Assembly (NCBI GenBank): GCA_963850305.1
Contig: CAWKKR010000008.1
Coordinates: 1,728,001-1,792,000 of the forward strand
Direction: 5' to 3'
DNA: 64,000 nt
Source: an uncultured delta proteobacterium
Lineage (GTDB): Bacteria; Myxococcota_A; Polyangia; Polyangiales; Polyangiaceae
A program made the translations under genes and the position numbers. Of this stretch, positions 1 through 10,084 are shown one piece after another; the first letter of the stretch is position 1, and each line of letters begins with the position of its first letter. A model generated the notes under the pieces. The model saw nothing but the letters and a program-made list of their open reading frames with translations. It did not search any database and was not told where the DNA came from.

Positions 1-831
1 GGATGGTCGGCGTACTTTTACTCCGCAAAGGATCTGGTCGACCATCACTCCGACCAGCGGGCGCACGACGGGGTTCCGCTCCTTTCTTGGTATCTGAAGA
101 AGCTGTCCGACCACGAGCGTCGCACTGGCACACGCATTCTCGACGTGCTGGACGTGCACTTCTATCCTCAGGCGCCGCACGTCTACGGCGGCGACGCGGC
201 AACGGATCCCGCGACTGCGGCGCTTCGCATCCGATCGACGCGGTCGCTCTGGGATCCGACATATCACGACGAGTCGTGGATCGACGACTCCGTGAACCTG
301 ATCCCGAGACTGAAAGCCCTCATTGCGGAGAACTACCCCGGTCGCGGTATATCCATCGGCGAGTGGAGCTTCGGCGCAGATGATCACATCAGCGGCGCGC
401 TCGCGATCGCCGAGGCCCTCGGCCGGTTCGGGCAAGAGGGGATCACCTCGGCCTATTATTGGACGGGGCCAGCGGCGGGGACGCCGGGATTCTTCGCGTT
501 TCGGGCGTTCCGTAACTACGACGGCAATGGCGGCCAATTCCTCGACTGGTCGATCCCCGCTCGCGGCACGGACGGGGTGTCCGTGTTCGCTTCACGGGAC
601 GACTCGCGTACGCACGTCGTCGCGATCCTCCTCAACGAAGATCCTACGCGCGCCGTCCAGGCGGACGTCGACGTGACGTCGTGTGGACCCGTGGCATCGA
701 AGCGAGTCTTCTCGTATGACGGCGATGGCCCAGGATTCAGGACCAAGACCAACTCGGCAACGAACGTCTCGGAGCGCCTGGCGCCCTATTCGATCAACGT
801 CGTCGAGCTCACCCTCGCAAAAAAACCCTGA
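1..831 (+). CDS. Glycoside hydrolase family 44 protein, 5'-partial (EPS-locus glycanase-like)
   Basis: Frame 1 is open from base 1 (GWSAYFYSAKD...). Motifs LDVHFYPQ, STRSLWDPTY-DESWI and GEWSFG-DDHISGALA are typical of GH44. Confidence 0.8.
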   Translation, partial: GWSAYFYSAKDLVDHHSDQRAHDGVPLLSWYLKKLSDHERRTGTRILDVLDVHFYPQAPHVYGGDAATDPATAALRIRSTRSLWDPTYHDESWIDDSVNLIPRLKALIAENYPGRGISIGEWSFGADDHISGALAIAEALGRFGQEGITSAYYWTGPAAGTPGFFAFRAFRNYDGNGGQFLDWSIPARGTDGVSVFASRDDSRTHVVAILLNEDPTRAVQADVDVTSCGPVASKRVFSYDGDGPGFRTKTNSATNVSERLAPYSINVVELTLAKKP

Positions 832-898
832 CCCCCGGAGATTGCCCCGGTCGACCCGCGTTTCGCCCCGACCCCTGACCCCCGGGTCCCAATAACCG

Positions 899-1423
899 TC
901 ACCGCTTCTGGACGGTCGCCGAGGACGCCACTCCCTTCAGGTCCCCGTGGAAGACCGCGGATCCAAGGAAATGTGCGGCTCCGATCTTGTCGACGGTCTT
1001 CTTGGCCTCGGTGGAAGCCATCACGTCCATCAGGACGCAGAGCACCGCGGCGTCGGATGCTTGGGCGAGAGACACGGAAATCGGATTTTCGACCATCGGC
1101 GCGAGCGCAACGAGCACCAACTCGCCATCCTGCTTCAGGCGCTTCAGTTCCTCCGAGAATTGCATCAGGTGAACCAGCGGAATGGCCGTCGCGTCTGCGA
1201 CTTGCACCGGCGTACCGAGATGCATGATCCCGATCCGCGCAAGCGTTACCGCGACCGTGAGCGAGAAGTCTGGCGGCGCGCCAGCCCCGGCCGGGACGAT
1301 CGCCAGCGACGACCAGGCGTGTCGTTGCAGCGTCAGCCAGAGCTTCTGCCAATCCACGTCGCGCCAAGGCTCGTCCTTCTCCGCGCGCACCGCGAGCGGG
1401 GCGTCAACCCGTTTGAGCGACAT
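899..1423 (-). CDS. Stand-alone BY-kinase-like (CpsD/CapB fold) protein, probable pseudokinase
   Basis: WQKLWLTLQRHAWSSLAIVPA...LAQASDAAVLCV...IG..FLGSAV resembles a BY-kinase domain but lacks the Walker A GK[ST]. It lies next to GH44 and a Wzc-like gene. Confidence 0.6.
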   Translation of the reverse strand: MSLKRVDAPLAVRAEKDEPWRDVDWQKLWLTLQRHAWSSLAIVPAGAGAPPDFSLTVAVTLARIGIMHLGTPVQVADATAIPLVHLMQFSEELKRLKQDGELVLVALAPMVENPISVSLAQASDAAVLCVLMDVMASTEAKKTVDKIGAAHFLGSAVFHGDLKGVASSATVQKR

Positions 1424-1740
1424 CGTGGCTTTCTTGGAACTTGGTGCCCAAACGTCTAGAAGGACCTGGGCGACCCCAGCTAGCGATCCTCACCGAGTCT
1501 GGAACATGTCGCCAGAAAAACGAGGTATCGGGTCGGACATGAGCGCGACCGAGCATCGTAAGACGAGGTTCCCTCGGGGGTAAAGGGTCATGGTCGCAGA
1601 ATTTCCGTCCGAATGAGTCGAGGGAACGGTCGTTCGCGCGGGCCAGGGTTCGACAAGCCCGGGCATTCTCGCTGGATCACCGTGATGCGCGGGGGCAAGA
1701 TGGCCCGAGTGGAGCGCACGACGCGCTGGGCCGGACGAAG

Positions 1741-4473
1741 ATGGACGGACAGCCCGCCGGGTCGCGATCTGAAATGCACAGGAGCGGTGTTGACAGTGCT
1801 CGAGCTTTTCGCCTCATGCGCAGCGGCCTCTTCGTCTGGCTCGCCATCGCCGTCGTCTTTGGGCTGGGTGCGCTGGCGATGCCGCGCGTGTACGAGTCGG
1901 TCGCGATTCTGGAGGTGTCGCACGGTTCTGAAAATGCCAGCGCGCCAACCGTGAGCGATCGCGTCGAGCGCGAGATTCGCGCCGTCGTCGATCAACCGAG
2001 AGTAGTTGCCGATCTTGCCGGGCGGCTCGGCCCGCACCCGTCCAAGGATGCGGTTGCCAGCGCGGGCGAGTCGATTCGAATCCGAGCGCGATCGGCACGG
2101 ACGTTCGAGATCGCATACAGGGCCTCGGACCCGGAGCTTGCCCGCAGCGGCTGCCGGGCGCTTTTGGACGCGGTGCTCGAGGCGTTTCCCGAGCACCCCG
2201 CCGGCGACACGAAGTCCGAGAACCCCCGGGCGATCCTCGAACGAAGGACCAAGGAGCTAACCGACTTCGTCGTTCAGCATCCAGACGCGGTGGTCCAGCG
2301 TCCGGCGCAAGCGGCCGCGCCTCAGGTCACGCCGCCCGATCCGGGCGGCAGCATCCTCCGCCAAGAGAAAGCCCGCGTCGAAGCCGCGATCGCCGCTGCG
2401 GAACAGAACGCCAAAGCGCCCATCTCTCGCGACAACCCGTACGAGGACGTTCCGCCGGCACCGGACATCGGCGCTCTGAAGCGACGTCTTTCCGAAATCC
2501 GCACCGCCATCGCCGCGCGAGAACGAGCGATGGCGGCGAGTGCGCCCAGCCTTCCGGATCATTCGATAGAAGACAAATGGCGCGAGCTGGTTCGCGCCGT
2601 GGCAGATGCGCAGCGCGCTGCGTTCAGCGAGCCCGTCAGTCCCCCAGTCCGCCTCGTTGCCCGCGTCGTCGAGCCCGCGTCGGTCCCGTCGACACCGGTC
2701 GAGTCCTGGCGGGGGCCGGTCGCCTTCGTCGGTGTCGTTCTCGGGTTGGTCGCGGGGACACTCTTCGCATTTTTTCGTGCGCTCGGGGATTGGCGAGAAA
2801 GCCGCGGCAGCGACCGCCCACGCGCCGCCAGCGACCCTGCGCCGATCGCCATCTCGGGAACCGCAGATGCGCCGACCGAGCAGCCGCCCACCGTGGTCGT
2901 GAAGAGCGCCAATCCGTCCAGTCCCGTTCGCCCTCGCAGCTCTCCTCCACCGCTTCCCCCCAGTGAACGCCAGCAGCTGGCAACCGACGTGACCATCCCG
3001 AGGCCACCGCCGGTACCATCGTTCGGCCCGGGGCAAACTCAAATTGGGATTGTCGATCCGGCTTTGTTTTCGAGAAGTGGGTCCGCGGCGCCCACCGGGG
3101 TCCGCGTCGAACCGCGACCGATCGTGAGCGTCATTGGGGAGCGACGCTCGGTGCCGCCCGCGCGAAGTTCATCGAACCCACCGCGCCCTGCGGCCAAGCG
3201 CGTTTCGTCGAACCCGCCCGCGGGCGCAGCGAAGGTTTCGTCCAAGCCGCCCCGCCCTGCGCCGGACCGTTCGTCGCCGCTCCCTGCGCCTCCGGACGCA
3301 GGCGGTTCCGTTCGAACGGCGCGGCCGGCGGGCGCGGACGTCGAGAGACGCACGACGTCCCTTCCTCCTCGCCCCGAGTCCGGCAATCCGGCATCACCAG
3401 CTCCGCCCCGCCCGAGTACGGGTCGCCCGCGCATGGATTCGCCGCCTCTCGTCCGGCCGTCGACATCGCCGCGAGTGGCGACCCCAATCGGCATGCCGCG
3501 CCCGAGTGTTCCCATTCAAGATGAATCACCCCCAACGACTCGCCGTCTCGGTTCTCCGGGTGACCTGGTCGCTCGAGGCGCCGGCAGCGCGCCATCGAAG
3601 GGCAAAACGCTCGCCGTGTATCGTCCCGACACGAGTTACAGTTTCGTCGATTCGGAAGCGTCGCGCAGGCGGTCCGAGCGCACCGCGTCTCCCTCTCCAT
3701 TGCCGGAGCGACCAGGTCTCACCCAGCCGGGGTTTCGGCGTCCGAGTCCGCCCGGTCTCGTTTCCGACGTCGAGCGTCAGTCGCGCCGTCCGGATTCGCG
3801 CGAAGACGAGATTGTTGCTCCCCGATCCGCGCCGCCCACATGGCGGCTCGGCCCTGCCATCACGGAAGACGACGATCGCGGACAATTGAGCGCGCTCTGC
3901 GACCAGGTTCTGTCGCTTGCACGACAGCGATGCTTCGTGGTCGGCGTTACCAGCGAGCGATCGCTGAACGGTGCAAAATCGCGCGTCGCGGCGCGGCTTG
4001 CCGCGATGCTCGCCAGCGACGGACGTGCGCGCGTTCTCCTGCTCGAGGCGGACTTCGATTACCCCGCCGTGCAGCGGCTCATGGCGATCGACATGCCCCA
4101 CGCATCCGGATTTTCGCAGCAGATGCGAACACGCATCAAGACCGGGCAGCATCACCCCTGGGTCGTGGTTCGTTGCTCGCCTAGCTTGCACGTGCTCGGC
4201 GAAGGCGTGGTGAGGTCGCCGGGCATCCTCTTTTCACAGGAATTCTCCGAAGCCATCGCCGAGCTCCGGCGTTGCTACGACGTAATCGTTGCGGACGGTC
4301 CCGTGACCGGGATTGGGGCCGAACACCGTCCGCTCGACGCCGCGTCGGATGGTGTCGTCTTCGTCATTCCCAAGGACGCCCCGCTCGGCGAGGGGCTCGA
4401 TCGCGCGTCGAAGTGGTTCAACAGGAAGGAGCTCATGGCCGCCGTTCCTGCGGAAATTCCGGCCGCGAGCTGA
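1741..4473 (+). CDS. Polysaccharide co-polymerase (Wzc-like) with long Pro/Ser/Arg-rich linker and C-terminal BY-kinase-like domain
   Basis: TM1 followed by YESVAILEV, FEIAYRASDPELA, coiled coil, VVEPASVPSTP plus TM2, then RVLLLEADF and YDVIVADGP. True start may be 1774 or 1816. Confidence 0.7.
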   Translation: MDGQPAGSRSEMHRSGVDSARAFRLMRSGLFVWLAIAVVFGLGALAMPRVYESVAILEVSHGSENASAPTVSDRVEREIRAVVDQPRVVADLAGRLGPHPSKDAVASAGESIRIRARSARTFEIAYRASDPELARSGCRALLDAVLEAFPEHPAGDTKSENPRAILERRTKELTDFVVQHPDAVVQRPAQAAAPQVTPPDPGGSILRQEKARVEAAIAAAEQNAKAPISRDNPYEDVPPAPDIGALKRRLSEIRTAIAARERAMAASAPSLPDHSIEDKWRELVRAVADAQRAAFSEPVSPPVRLVARVVEPASVPSTPVESWRGPVAFVGVVLGLVAGTLFAFFRALGDWRESRGSDRPRAASDPAPIAISGTADAPTEQPPTVVVKSANPSSPVRPRSSPPPLPPSERQQLATDVTIPRPPPVPSFGPGQTQIGIVDPALFSRSGSAAPTGVRVEPRPIVSVIGERRSVPPARSSSNPPRPAAKRVSSNPPAGAAKVSSKPPRPAPDRSSPLPAPPDAGGSVRTARPAGADVERRTTSLPPRPESGNPASPAPPRPSTGRPRMDSPPLVRPSTSPRVATPIGMPRPSVPIQDESPPTTRRLGSPGDLVARGAGSAPSKGKTLAVYRPDTSYSFVDSEASRRRSERTASPSPLPERPGLTQPGFRRPSPPGLVSDVERQSRRPDSREDEIVAPRSAPPTWRLGPAITEDDDRGQLSALCDQVLSLARQRCFVVGVTSERSLNGAKSRVAARLAAMLASDGRARVLLLEADFDYPAVQRLMAIDMPHASGFSQQMRTRIKTGQHHPWVVVRCSPSLHVLGEGVVRSPGILFSQEFSEAIAELRRCYDVIVADGPVTGIGAEHRPLDAASDGVVFVIPKDAPLGEGLDRASKWFNRKELMAAVPAEIPAAS

Positions 4474-4528
4474 GTAGCCCGTTAGTAGCCCTTGGCTGCC
4501 GTCGCCTGCGCGGAGTACCTATGAGAGC

Positions 4529-5404
4529 ATGGAGAAAATTGCCATCGTCGGCGCCGGCCAGATGGGCTCGGGCATCGCACAAGTTTCGGCAGCGACGGGG
4601 TTCGACGTCGCTCTGGCGGACACCGATGTCGCGCGGGCGACGTCGGGAAAAGGGAAGATCGCGGCCGCCCTTGCCGGCCAGGTAAAGAAAGGAAAGCTCG
4701 CCGAGGGCGAACGGGAAAACATCCTCGCCCGGATCCGGCCGTCCACCCTCGAGGACGCCGCGAGCGACGCGGACCTCGTCATCGAGGTCGTCACCGAGGA
4801 CCAGGCCGTCAAGCTGGGCGTCTTCGCAGACATGGACCGGTACGCAAAGTCGGGCTCGATCCTCGCTTCCAATACGTCGAGCATCTCGATCACCCGGCTC
4901 GCCGCCGAAACCAGACGCGCGGATCACGTCGTGGGGATGCACTTCATGAACCCGGTGCCGGTCATGAAGCTCGTCGAGATCGTTCAGGGCATCCAGACGT
5001 CCAGAGAGACGCTCGCGCGGGCAGAAGAGTTCGCCCGAAGGCTGGGCAAGACGCTCATCACGACCAAGGACCAGCCGGGGTTCGTCGTGAATCGCATCCT
5101 CATCTTGCTCTTGAATGAGTCCTGTTTCGCGCTGCAGGAAGGAGTCGCGTCGCTCACGGACATCAATCTAGCGGGCAAGTTCGGACTCAATCATCCCATG
5201 GGGCCCTTCGAGCTCGCGGACCTCATCGGCCTCGATACCGTGCTCTCGATTGCCGAGGTGCTGCATCGCGAGTTCGGGGACGACAAGTATCGGCCGTGCA
5301 CTCTGCTTCGCAATCTCGTGGCTGCCGGCTGGCTCGGGCGGAAATCGCGTCGCGGTTTCTACCTTTACGACGAACACGGGCGCGCTGTGGGCCCCGCCGT
5401 CTGA
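4529..5404 (+). CDS. 3-hydroxybutyryl-CoA / 3-hydroxyacyl-CoA dehydrogenase
   Basis: GAGQMGSGIA Rossmann motif, SNTSS, GMHFMNPVPVM, PGFVVNR and HPMGPFELADLIGLD. Confidence 0.93.
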   Translation: MEKIAIVGAGQMGSGIAQVSAATGFDVALADTDVARATSGKGKIAAALAGQVKKGKLAEGERENILARIRPSTLEDAASDADLVIEVVTEDQAVKLGVFADMDRYAKSGSILASNTSSISITRLAAETRRADHVVGMHFMNPVPVMKLVEIVQGIQTSRETLARAEEFARRLGKTLITTKDQPGFVVNRILILLLNESCFALQEGVASLTDINLAGKFGLNHPMGPFELADLIGLDTVLSIAEVLHREFGDDKYRPCTLLRNLVAAGWLGRKSRRGFYLYDEHGRAVGPAV

Positions 5405-5413
5405 GGGCATCTC

Positions 5414-6658
5414 CTATTTACGAACGTCGACGGTCATACCGTCCGTGAGCTCCGCGCTTGCGATCCGGACCACGCGCTCCGTCCCATCCAGCCCGCTCGC
5501 GATCTGAACCGTCGCACCCGCGTCGCGCTCGAGCGTCACGTGAACCAGACGCAGCTTGTCTTCGTCGCCCACCACCGCGACGCGCAGGCCATTCGCGTCG
5601 TTCATGAGTGCGGTGGCCGGCAGCTCCAGTACCCGGTGCGAAATGGGCAGACTCAGGAGGACCTCCGCGTACATCCCCGTCAAGAGCTCGTTCTTCGGGT
5701 TCGGGACGCGGACTTCGGTCGTCATCGTGCGTGTCGCCGGGTCGAGCGCCCCCGCCGCCCGCGAAACCACGCCGGCGAAGGTTCGCCCCGCGAATTCGCG
5801 AAGGGTCACTTTCGCGGGCGCGTTCGCGCGAACGCCTGGCGCCACGTCTTGCGGAACCTGGACCAGCACTCTGACAGGGTCCGTCGAGACGATCCGGAAG
5901 AGCGGGGTTCCGTTGCCCTCCGTCACGAGCGCCCCGCGAGCGATCGAGCGCGAGGCGATGACTCCGTCGAACGGCGCGAGGACGCGCCCGAACGACTTGA
6001 GCTGCAACAGCCGCTCGAGGTTCGCCCTCTGCACGCCAATTCCTGCTTCCGCAGAGCCGACCGTCGCTTCATCCACCAGCGACTGAGCCCGTCGCTGATC
6101 CAAATCCTGCTGCGACGTGAGTCCCTCCGGGGTGAGGACCTTGTACCGAGCCAGGTTCGCCGTGGAGAAGTCGCGGTTTGCCTTGGCCTGATTCAGGCTT
6201 GCCACGGCCTGTGCGAGCGAAGCTCGAGCCTGATCGAGCTCCTCGTCGAGCTCCGGAGTCTCTATCTCGGCGAGAAGCTGTCCCTCCTTGACGCGATCGC
6301 CGATATCGACGACGAACCTTCGGATGTATCCGTTGGCGCGCGGGTAGATGATCGTGTCTTCGAGGGGCTGAATGCTTCCTGGCAGCACGATGCTGCGGTC
6401 GCTCGACAATACCTTCGGCGAGACGACATCCACGCGCAGCGACCGGTGCTCGGCCAAAATAGTGTTCGCCGCCAGCTTCCTTTCTTCCTGGCGCTTCGGG
6501 AGGTAGGCCGACAGGAACGCCGCGAGCGCAAGAGTCCCCCCGATGGCCACCGCAGATGCCACGCCCGCCGTCGTCACCCGGGCGGGTTGTGGCAGCGGAA
6601 AGCCCAGGTCAGCGGGGTCTTCCGGGTCGTCGGCTTCCCGCGAGGAACGCTGATCCAT
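5414..6658 (-). CDS. RND efflux periplasmic adaptor (MFP) subunit
   Basis: N-terminal TM, VDIGDRVKEGQLLAEI, APFDGVI, LDPATRT and LLTGMYAEV. Directly downstream of the RND permease. Confidence 0.92.
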   Translation of the reverse strand: MDQRSSREADDPEDPADLGFPLPQPARVTTAGVASAVAIGGTLALAAFLSAYLPKRQEERKLAANTILAEHRSLRVDVVSPKVLSSDRSIVLPGSIQPLEDTIIYPRANGYIRRFVVDIGDRVKEGQLLAEIETPELDEELDQARASLAQAVASLNQAKANRDFSTANLARYKVLTPEGLTSQQDLDQRRAQSLVDEATVGSAEAGIGVQRANLERLLQLKSFGRVLAPFDGVIASRSIARGALVTEGNGTPLFRIVSTDPVRVLVQVPQDVAPGVRANAPAKVTLREFAGRTFAGVVSRAAGALDPATRTMTTEVRVPNPKNELLTGMYAEVLLSLPISHRVLELPATALMNDANGLRVAVVGDEDKLRLVHVTLERDAGATVQIASGLDGTERVVRIASAELTDGMTVDVRK

Positions 6659-6661
6659 CGC

Positions 6662-9600
6662 TCAGAGTTCCTCGAGCTCGGGGTGAGTCACCGGCGGAGC
6701 TTTGCGCAGCACGCTGTACATGAGCGGCACGAAGAACAGGGTCGTGATTGTGGCCAGGAGGAGTCCCCCTATGACGGCGCGTCCGAGCGGCGCGTTCTGT
6801 TCACCCCCTTCACCAAGCCCGAGCGACATCGGCAGCATGCCGATGATCATCGCCAGAGCCGTCATCACGACGGGCCGGAGGCGGGTCATGCCTGCGGCGA
6901 GCGAGGCGTGCTTCGCATCCCGGCCGAACCTCCGCTGCTGGTTCGCGAACGTGACGACGAGAATGCTGTTCGCCGTCGCGACGCCGACGCACATGATGGC
7001 TCCCATGAGAGCCGGCACGCTGAGCGTCGTTCTCGTCAAGAAGAGCATCCACGCGATCCCGGCCAGCGCCCCGGGAAGCGCCATGAGGATGATGAAGGGA
7101 TCGAGCCACGACTGGAAGTTCACGACCATCAGCAAGTAAACGAGGATCACGGCAAACACCAGCCCGATGGCGAGACCGCGGAACGAGGATTCCATGCTCT
7201 CCGCCTGACCCTTCACGCGCACGGTGGTGCCGCGGGGAAGCTGCGACTTCATCTCGTCGACGACCCGGTGCACCGCCGTCGAGACGGAACCGAGATCAGT
7301 GCCGTCCACGTTCGCCTGAATGTCGTAGGTTCGCGCGACGTTGTAGTGCGTGATGTTCACGGGCCCGGTAGTGCGCGAGATGGACGCGACGTTCGACAAG
7401 AGCTGCGGCGCGCCCTCCGCGCCCGTCGATAGCGGCGTCGTGTTCAAGGCGTCAATCGATCCGACCTCCCATTGGGGCGTCTGGATCGCGACCAGATACT
7501 GAACGCCGCGCTTCTGATCGAGCCAGTAGCTCGGCGCCACTTGGCTACTCGATGCGAGCGAGACCAGGATGTCGTTCGCGACGTCTTTCTGGGTCATCCC
7601 AAGCTCGGCGGCCATCGTCCGGTTCACGTCTATCGATAGCTCCGGCCCGTCCACCACCTGGGCCAGATGAACGTCCGCAGTGCCGGGGATTTCGCGAACG
7701 CGCGAGACGAGGTCGCGGGCGACTGCGACGGTCTTCGCGTCCTTTCCCACGGCGCCCACGACCTGGACATCCAGCGGCGCCGGCAGTCCGAAGTTGAGCA
7801 CCTGGGTCGAGATGTCCGGGGCCAGGAAGAAGAAGGTCGTTTGCGGGTAGGTTTCGTGCAAAATGGAGCGAAGCCGTCGGACGTACTCCGCGGTCGGTGG
7901 GTGGTGCTCCTTCAGGGCGATGAGAATTTCACCGTCCGCCGACGAGATCAGGGCGCCCTCGCTCAGCGACAGATTGATGCCGCTCGGGGGAACGCCGATA
8001 TTGTCGAGCAGGGTCTCGATCTGCTCCGGGGGAATTACGGTCCGGATCGTATTCTCGATGGCCAGAAACCGATGTTCCGTCTGCTCGATGCGGGTTCCAG
8101 GGGTTCCGCGGACGTGCAACTTGATGAGCCCCGCGTCGACGCTCGGGAAGAAGTCCTCACCGAGCAGCGGATAGAGAAGGCACGACACGCCGACGAACGC
8201 GAGAAACCCGACGGCGAACGCGGCGCGGTGTTCGAGGACCGTGGCCAGCAACGCCCCGTAACTCGAGCGCGCGCGCTCGAAGCGGGCATCGAACGCCGCG
8301 ACGAATCGCTTCCACGCGCCCGGCCGTGCCCGCCGTTCCGGCCGCGCGTGGTGCGCCGACTCCCTCGCGAGCAGCAAGCGGACCAGGGTTGGAACGAGCG
8401 TACGCGACAGAAAGTACGACGTCAGCATCGCGAACACGACGGCCATCGCGAGCGGGACGAACAGCGCTTTGGCGGATCCCGTGATGAACGCGACCGGAAC
8501 GAAGACGATGCAGATGCACAGGGTCGAGACGAACGCGGGGACCGCAATCTCGCTGGCGCCGTCCATGATGGCGCGAACCAGCGGCTTTCGCTTCGCCAGG
8601 TTTCGGTGGATGTTTTCGATCTCGACGGTCGCGTCGTCGACCAGGATGCCGACGGCTAGCGCGAGGCCCCCCAGCGTCATCACGTTGAGAGTCTCCCCGA
8701 AGGCCGCCAGCACGCAGATCGAGACCAGGATCGAGAGCGGGATCGAAATGACGACGATCAGCGTGCTCCTCACGCTACCCAGGAACATCAGGATCATCAA
8801 ACCCGTCAGCCCGGCTGCGGTGAGCGCCTCCTTGACGACGCCGCTGACCGCCGCCCGCACGAACACCGACTGGTCGAACAGCAGCGCCAGCTTGAGCGTC
8901 TTGGGCATTCTCGCGAGAGTCCCCGGAAGCATCGCACGAATTCGCGACACGACGTCGAGGGTGCTCGCGCTCCCGTTCTTGAGGATGCTCATCAGCACCG
9001 AGCGCTTCCCGCCCACGTGCACCATGCTGGTCTGCGGAGCGTAACCGTCGCGTACGTCCGAAACGTCGTGGATATATACGGTCGTGCCGTTCACGGTCCT
9101 GATGGGGATGTTCCCGATTTCGTCGAGCAACTCGGGGCTGCTGTTCATGACGATCGGGTACTCCATGGTCCCCATCTTCGCGGTGCCAGTCGGCAAGATG
9201 AGGTTCTGCAGGTCGAGCGCGTCGTTCACGTCGCGCGGAGACAGACCCCAGGCATAAAGACGCCTGGGATCGATGTCGATCATCATCTGTCGCTGCTTGC
9301 CGCCGTATGGCCACGGGAGTTGCGCGCCCGGGACCGTCGCGAGATCGGCCCGGATGAAGTTCACGCCATAGTCGAACAGCTGTTGTTCGCTGAGGGTGTC
9401 GCTCTCGAGCGCGGCCTGCAGGATCGGGACGTTCGATGCGCTGTAGCGGATCACCAGCGGTGGCGTCGTCCCCGGTGGCATGGAGTGGACCACTGTCTGC
9501 GCGATCGCCGTCACTTGCGCCGTCGCGGCCTCGATCCGTGCACCCGGCTGGAAGAAAATCTTGATGACGGAAATGCCGGTCAGCGACTGGCTCTCGATGT

Positions 9601-9838
9601 GCTCGATGTCGTTGACCGTCGTGGTCAGGGCGCGCTCGAAGTTGGAGACGATCCGGCGTTCCATCTCCTCCGGCGGGAGGCCCGTGTAATGCCATACGAC
9701 CGAGATCACCGGGATCTCGGTGTCGGGAAAGATGTCCGTCGGCATTCGTGTGATGGCGATCACGCCGAGGATGACGATGAGCATCCCCATCACGATGAAC
9801 GTGTACGGGCGCTGCAGCGCGATTCGGACCAGCCACAT
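6662..9838 (-). CDS. RND efflux permease (AcrB/AcrD/AcrF family)
   Basis: Starts MWLVRIALQRP (ATG at 9838). Contains GILVDDATVEIENI and RLRPVVMTALAMIIGMLP; about 1060 aa. Confidence 0.95.
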   Translation of the reverse strand: MWLVRIALQRPYTFIVMGMLIVILGVIAITRMPTDIFPDTEIPVISVVWHYTGLPPEEMERRIVSNFERALTTTVNDIEHIESQSLTGISVIKIFFQPGARIEAATAQVTAIAQTVVHSMPPGTTPPLVIRYSASNVPILQAALESDTLSEQQLFDYGVNFIRADLATVPGAQLPWPYGGKQRQMMIDIDPRRLYAWGLSPRDVNDALDLQNLILPTGTAKMGTMEYPIVMNSSPELLDEIGNIPIRTVNGTTVYIHDVSDVRDGYAPQTSMVHVGGKRSVLMSILKNGSASTLDVVSRIRAMLPGTLARMPKTLKLALLFDQSVFVRAAVSGVVKEALTAAGLTGLMILMFLGSVRSTLIVVISIPLSILVSICVLAAFGETLNVMTLGGLALAVGILVDDATVEIENIHRNLAKRKPLVRAIMDGASEIAVPAFVSTLCICIVFVPVAFITGSAKALFVPLAMAVVFAMLTSYFLSRTLVPTLVRLLLARESAHHARPERRARPGAWKRFVAAFDARFERARSSYGALLATVLEHRAAFAVGFLAFVGVSCLLYPLLGEDFFPSVDAGLIKLHVRGTPGTRIEQTEHRFLAIENTIRTVIPPEQIETLLDNIGVPPSGINLSLSEGALISSADGEILIALKEHHPPTAEYVRRLRSILHETYPQTTFFFLAPDISTQVLNFGLPAPLDVQVVGAVGKDAKTVAVARDLVSRVREIPGTADVHLAQVVDGPELSIDVNRTMAAELGMTQKDVANDILVSLASSSQVAPSYWLDQKRGVQYLVAIQTPQWEVGSIDALNTTPLSTGAEGAPQLLSNVASISRTTGPVNITHYNVARTYDIQANVDGTDLGSVSTAVHRVVDEMKSQLPRGTTVRVKGQAESMESSFRGLAIGLVFAVILVYLLMVVNFQSWLDPFIILMALPGALAGIAWMLFLTRTTLSVPALMGAIMCVGVATANSILVVTFANQQRRFGRDAKHASLAAGMTRLRPVVMTALAMIIGMLPMSLGLGEGGEQNAPLGRAVIGGLLLATITTLFFVPLMYSVLRKAPPVTHPELEEL

Positions 9839-10084
9839 GTCGCGAAGAATGGCCCGCGACTGGCGGGCCGAAACTCGCAGGCATGTAGGGGCGCAAGCCT
9901 GTGGTGTAAAGCCTCCGCGTGAGGAAGCTCCGCGTCGTTGAAACCCCGTGGAGCGGCGCAGCGCGGCGCTTGACCCGGCAAAGGTGCGCGTGAAGGGCGT
10001 GAAGTCCACGGTTTCTCGGGCTTCTCGCGTCCGGGCGTGTCTGTCCGGCGCGTCTTCGCGAGGCCGGTGCTAGCGTCCCCGCGC

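Noticed and set aside
826..885. 13-bp direct repeat CCCTGACCCCCGG at 826 and 873 as a target-site duplication
   Set aside because: Low complexity, only 47 bp apart and no element between the copies.
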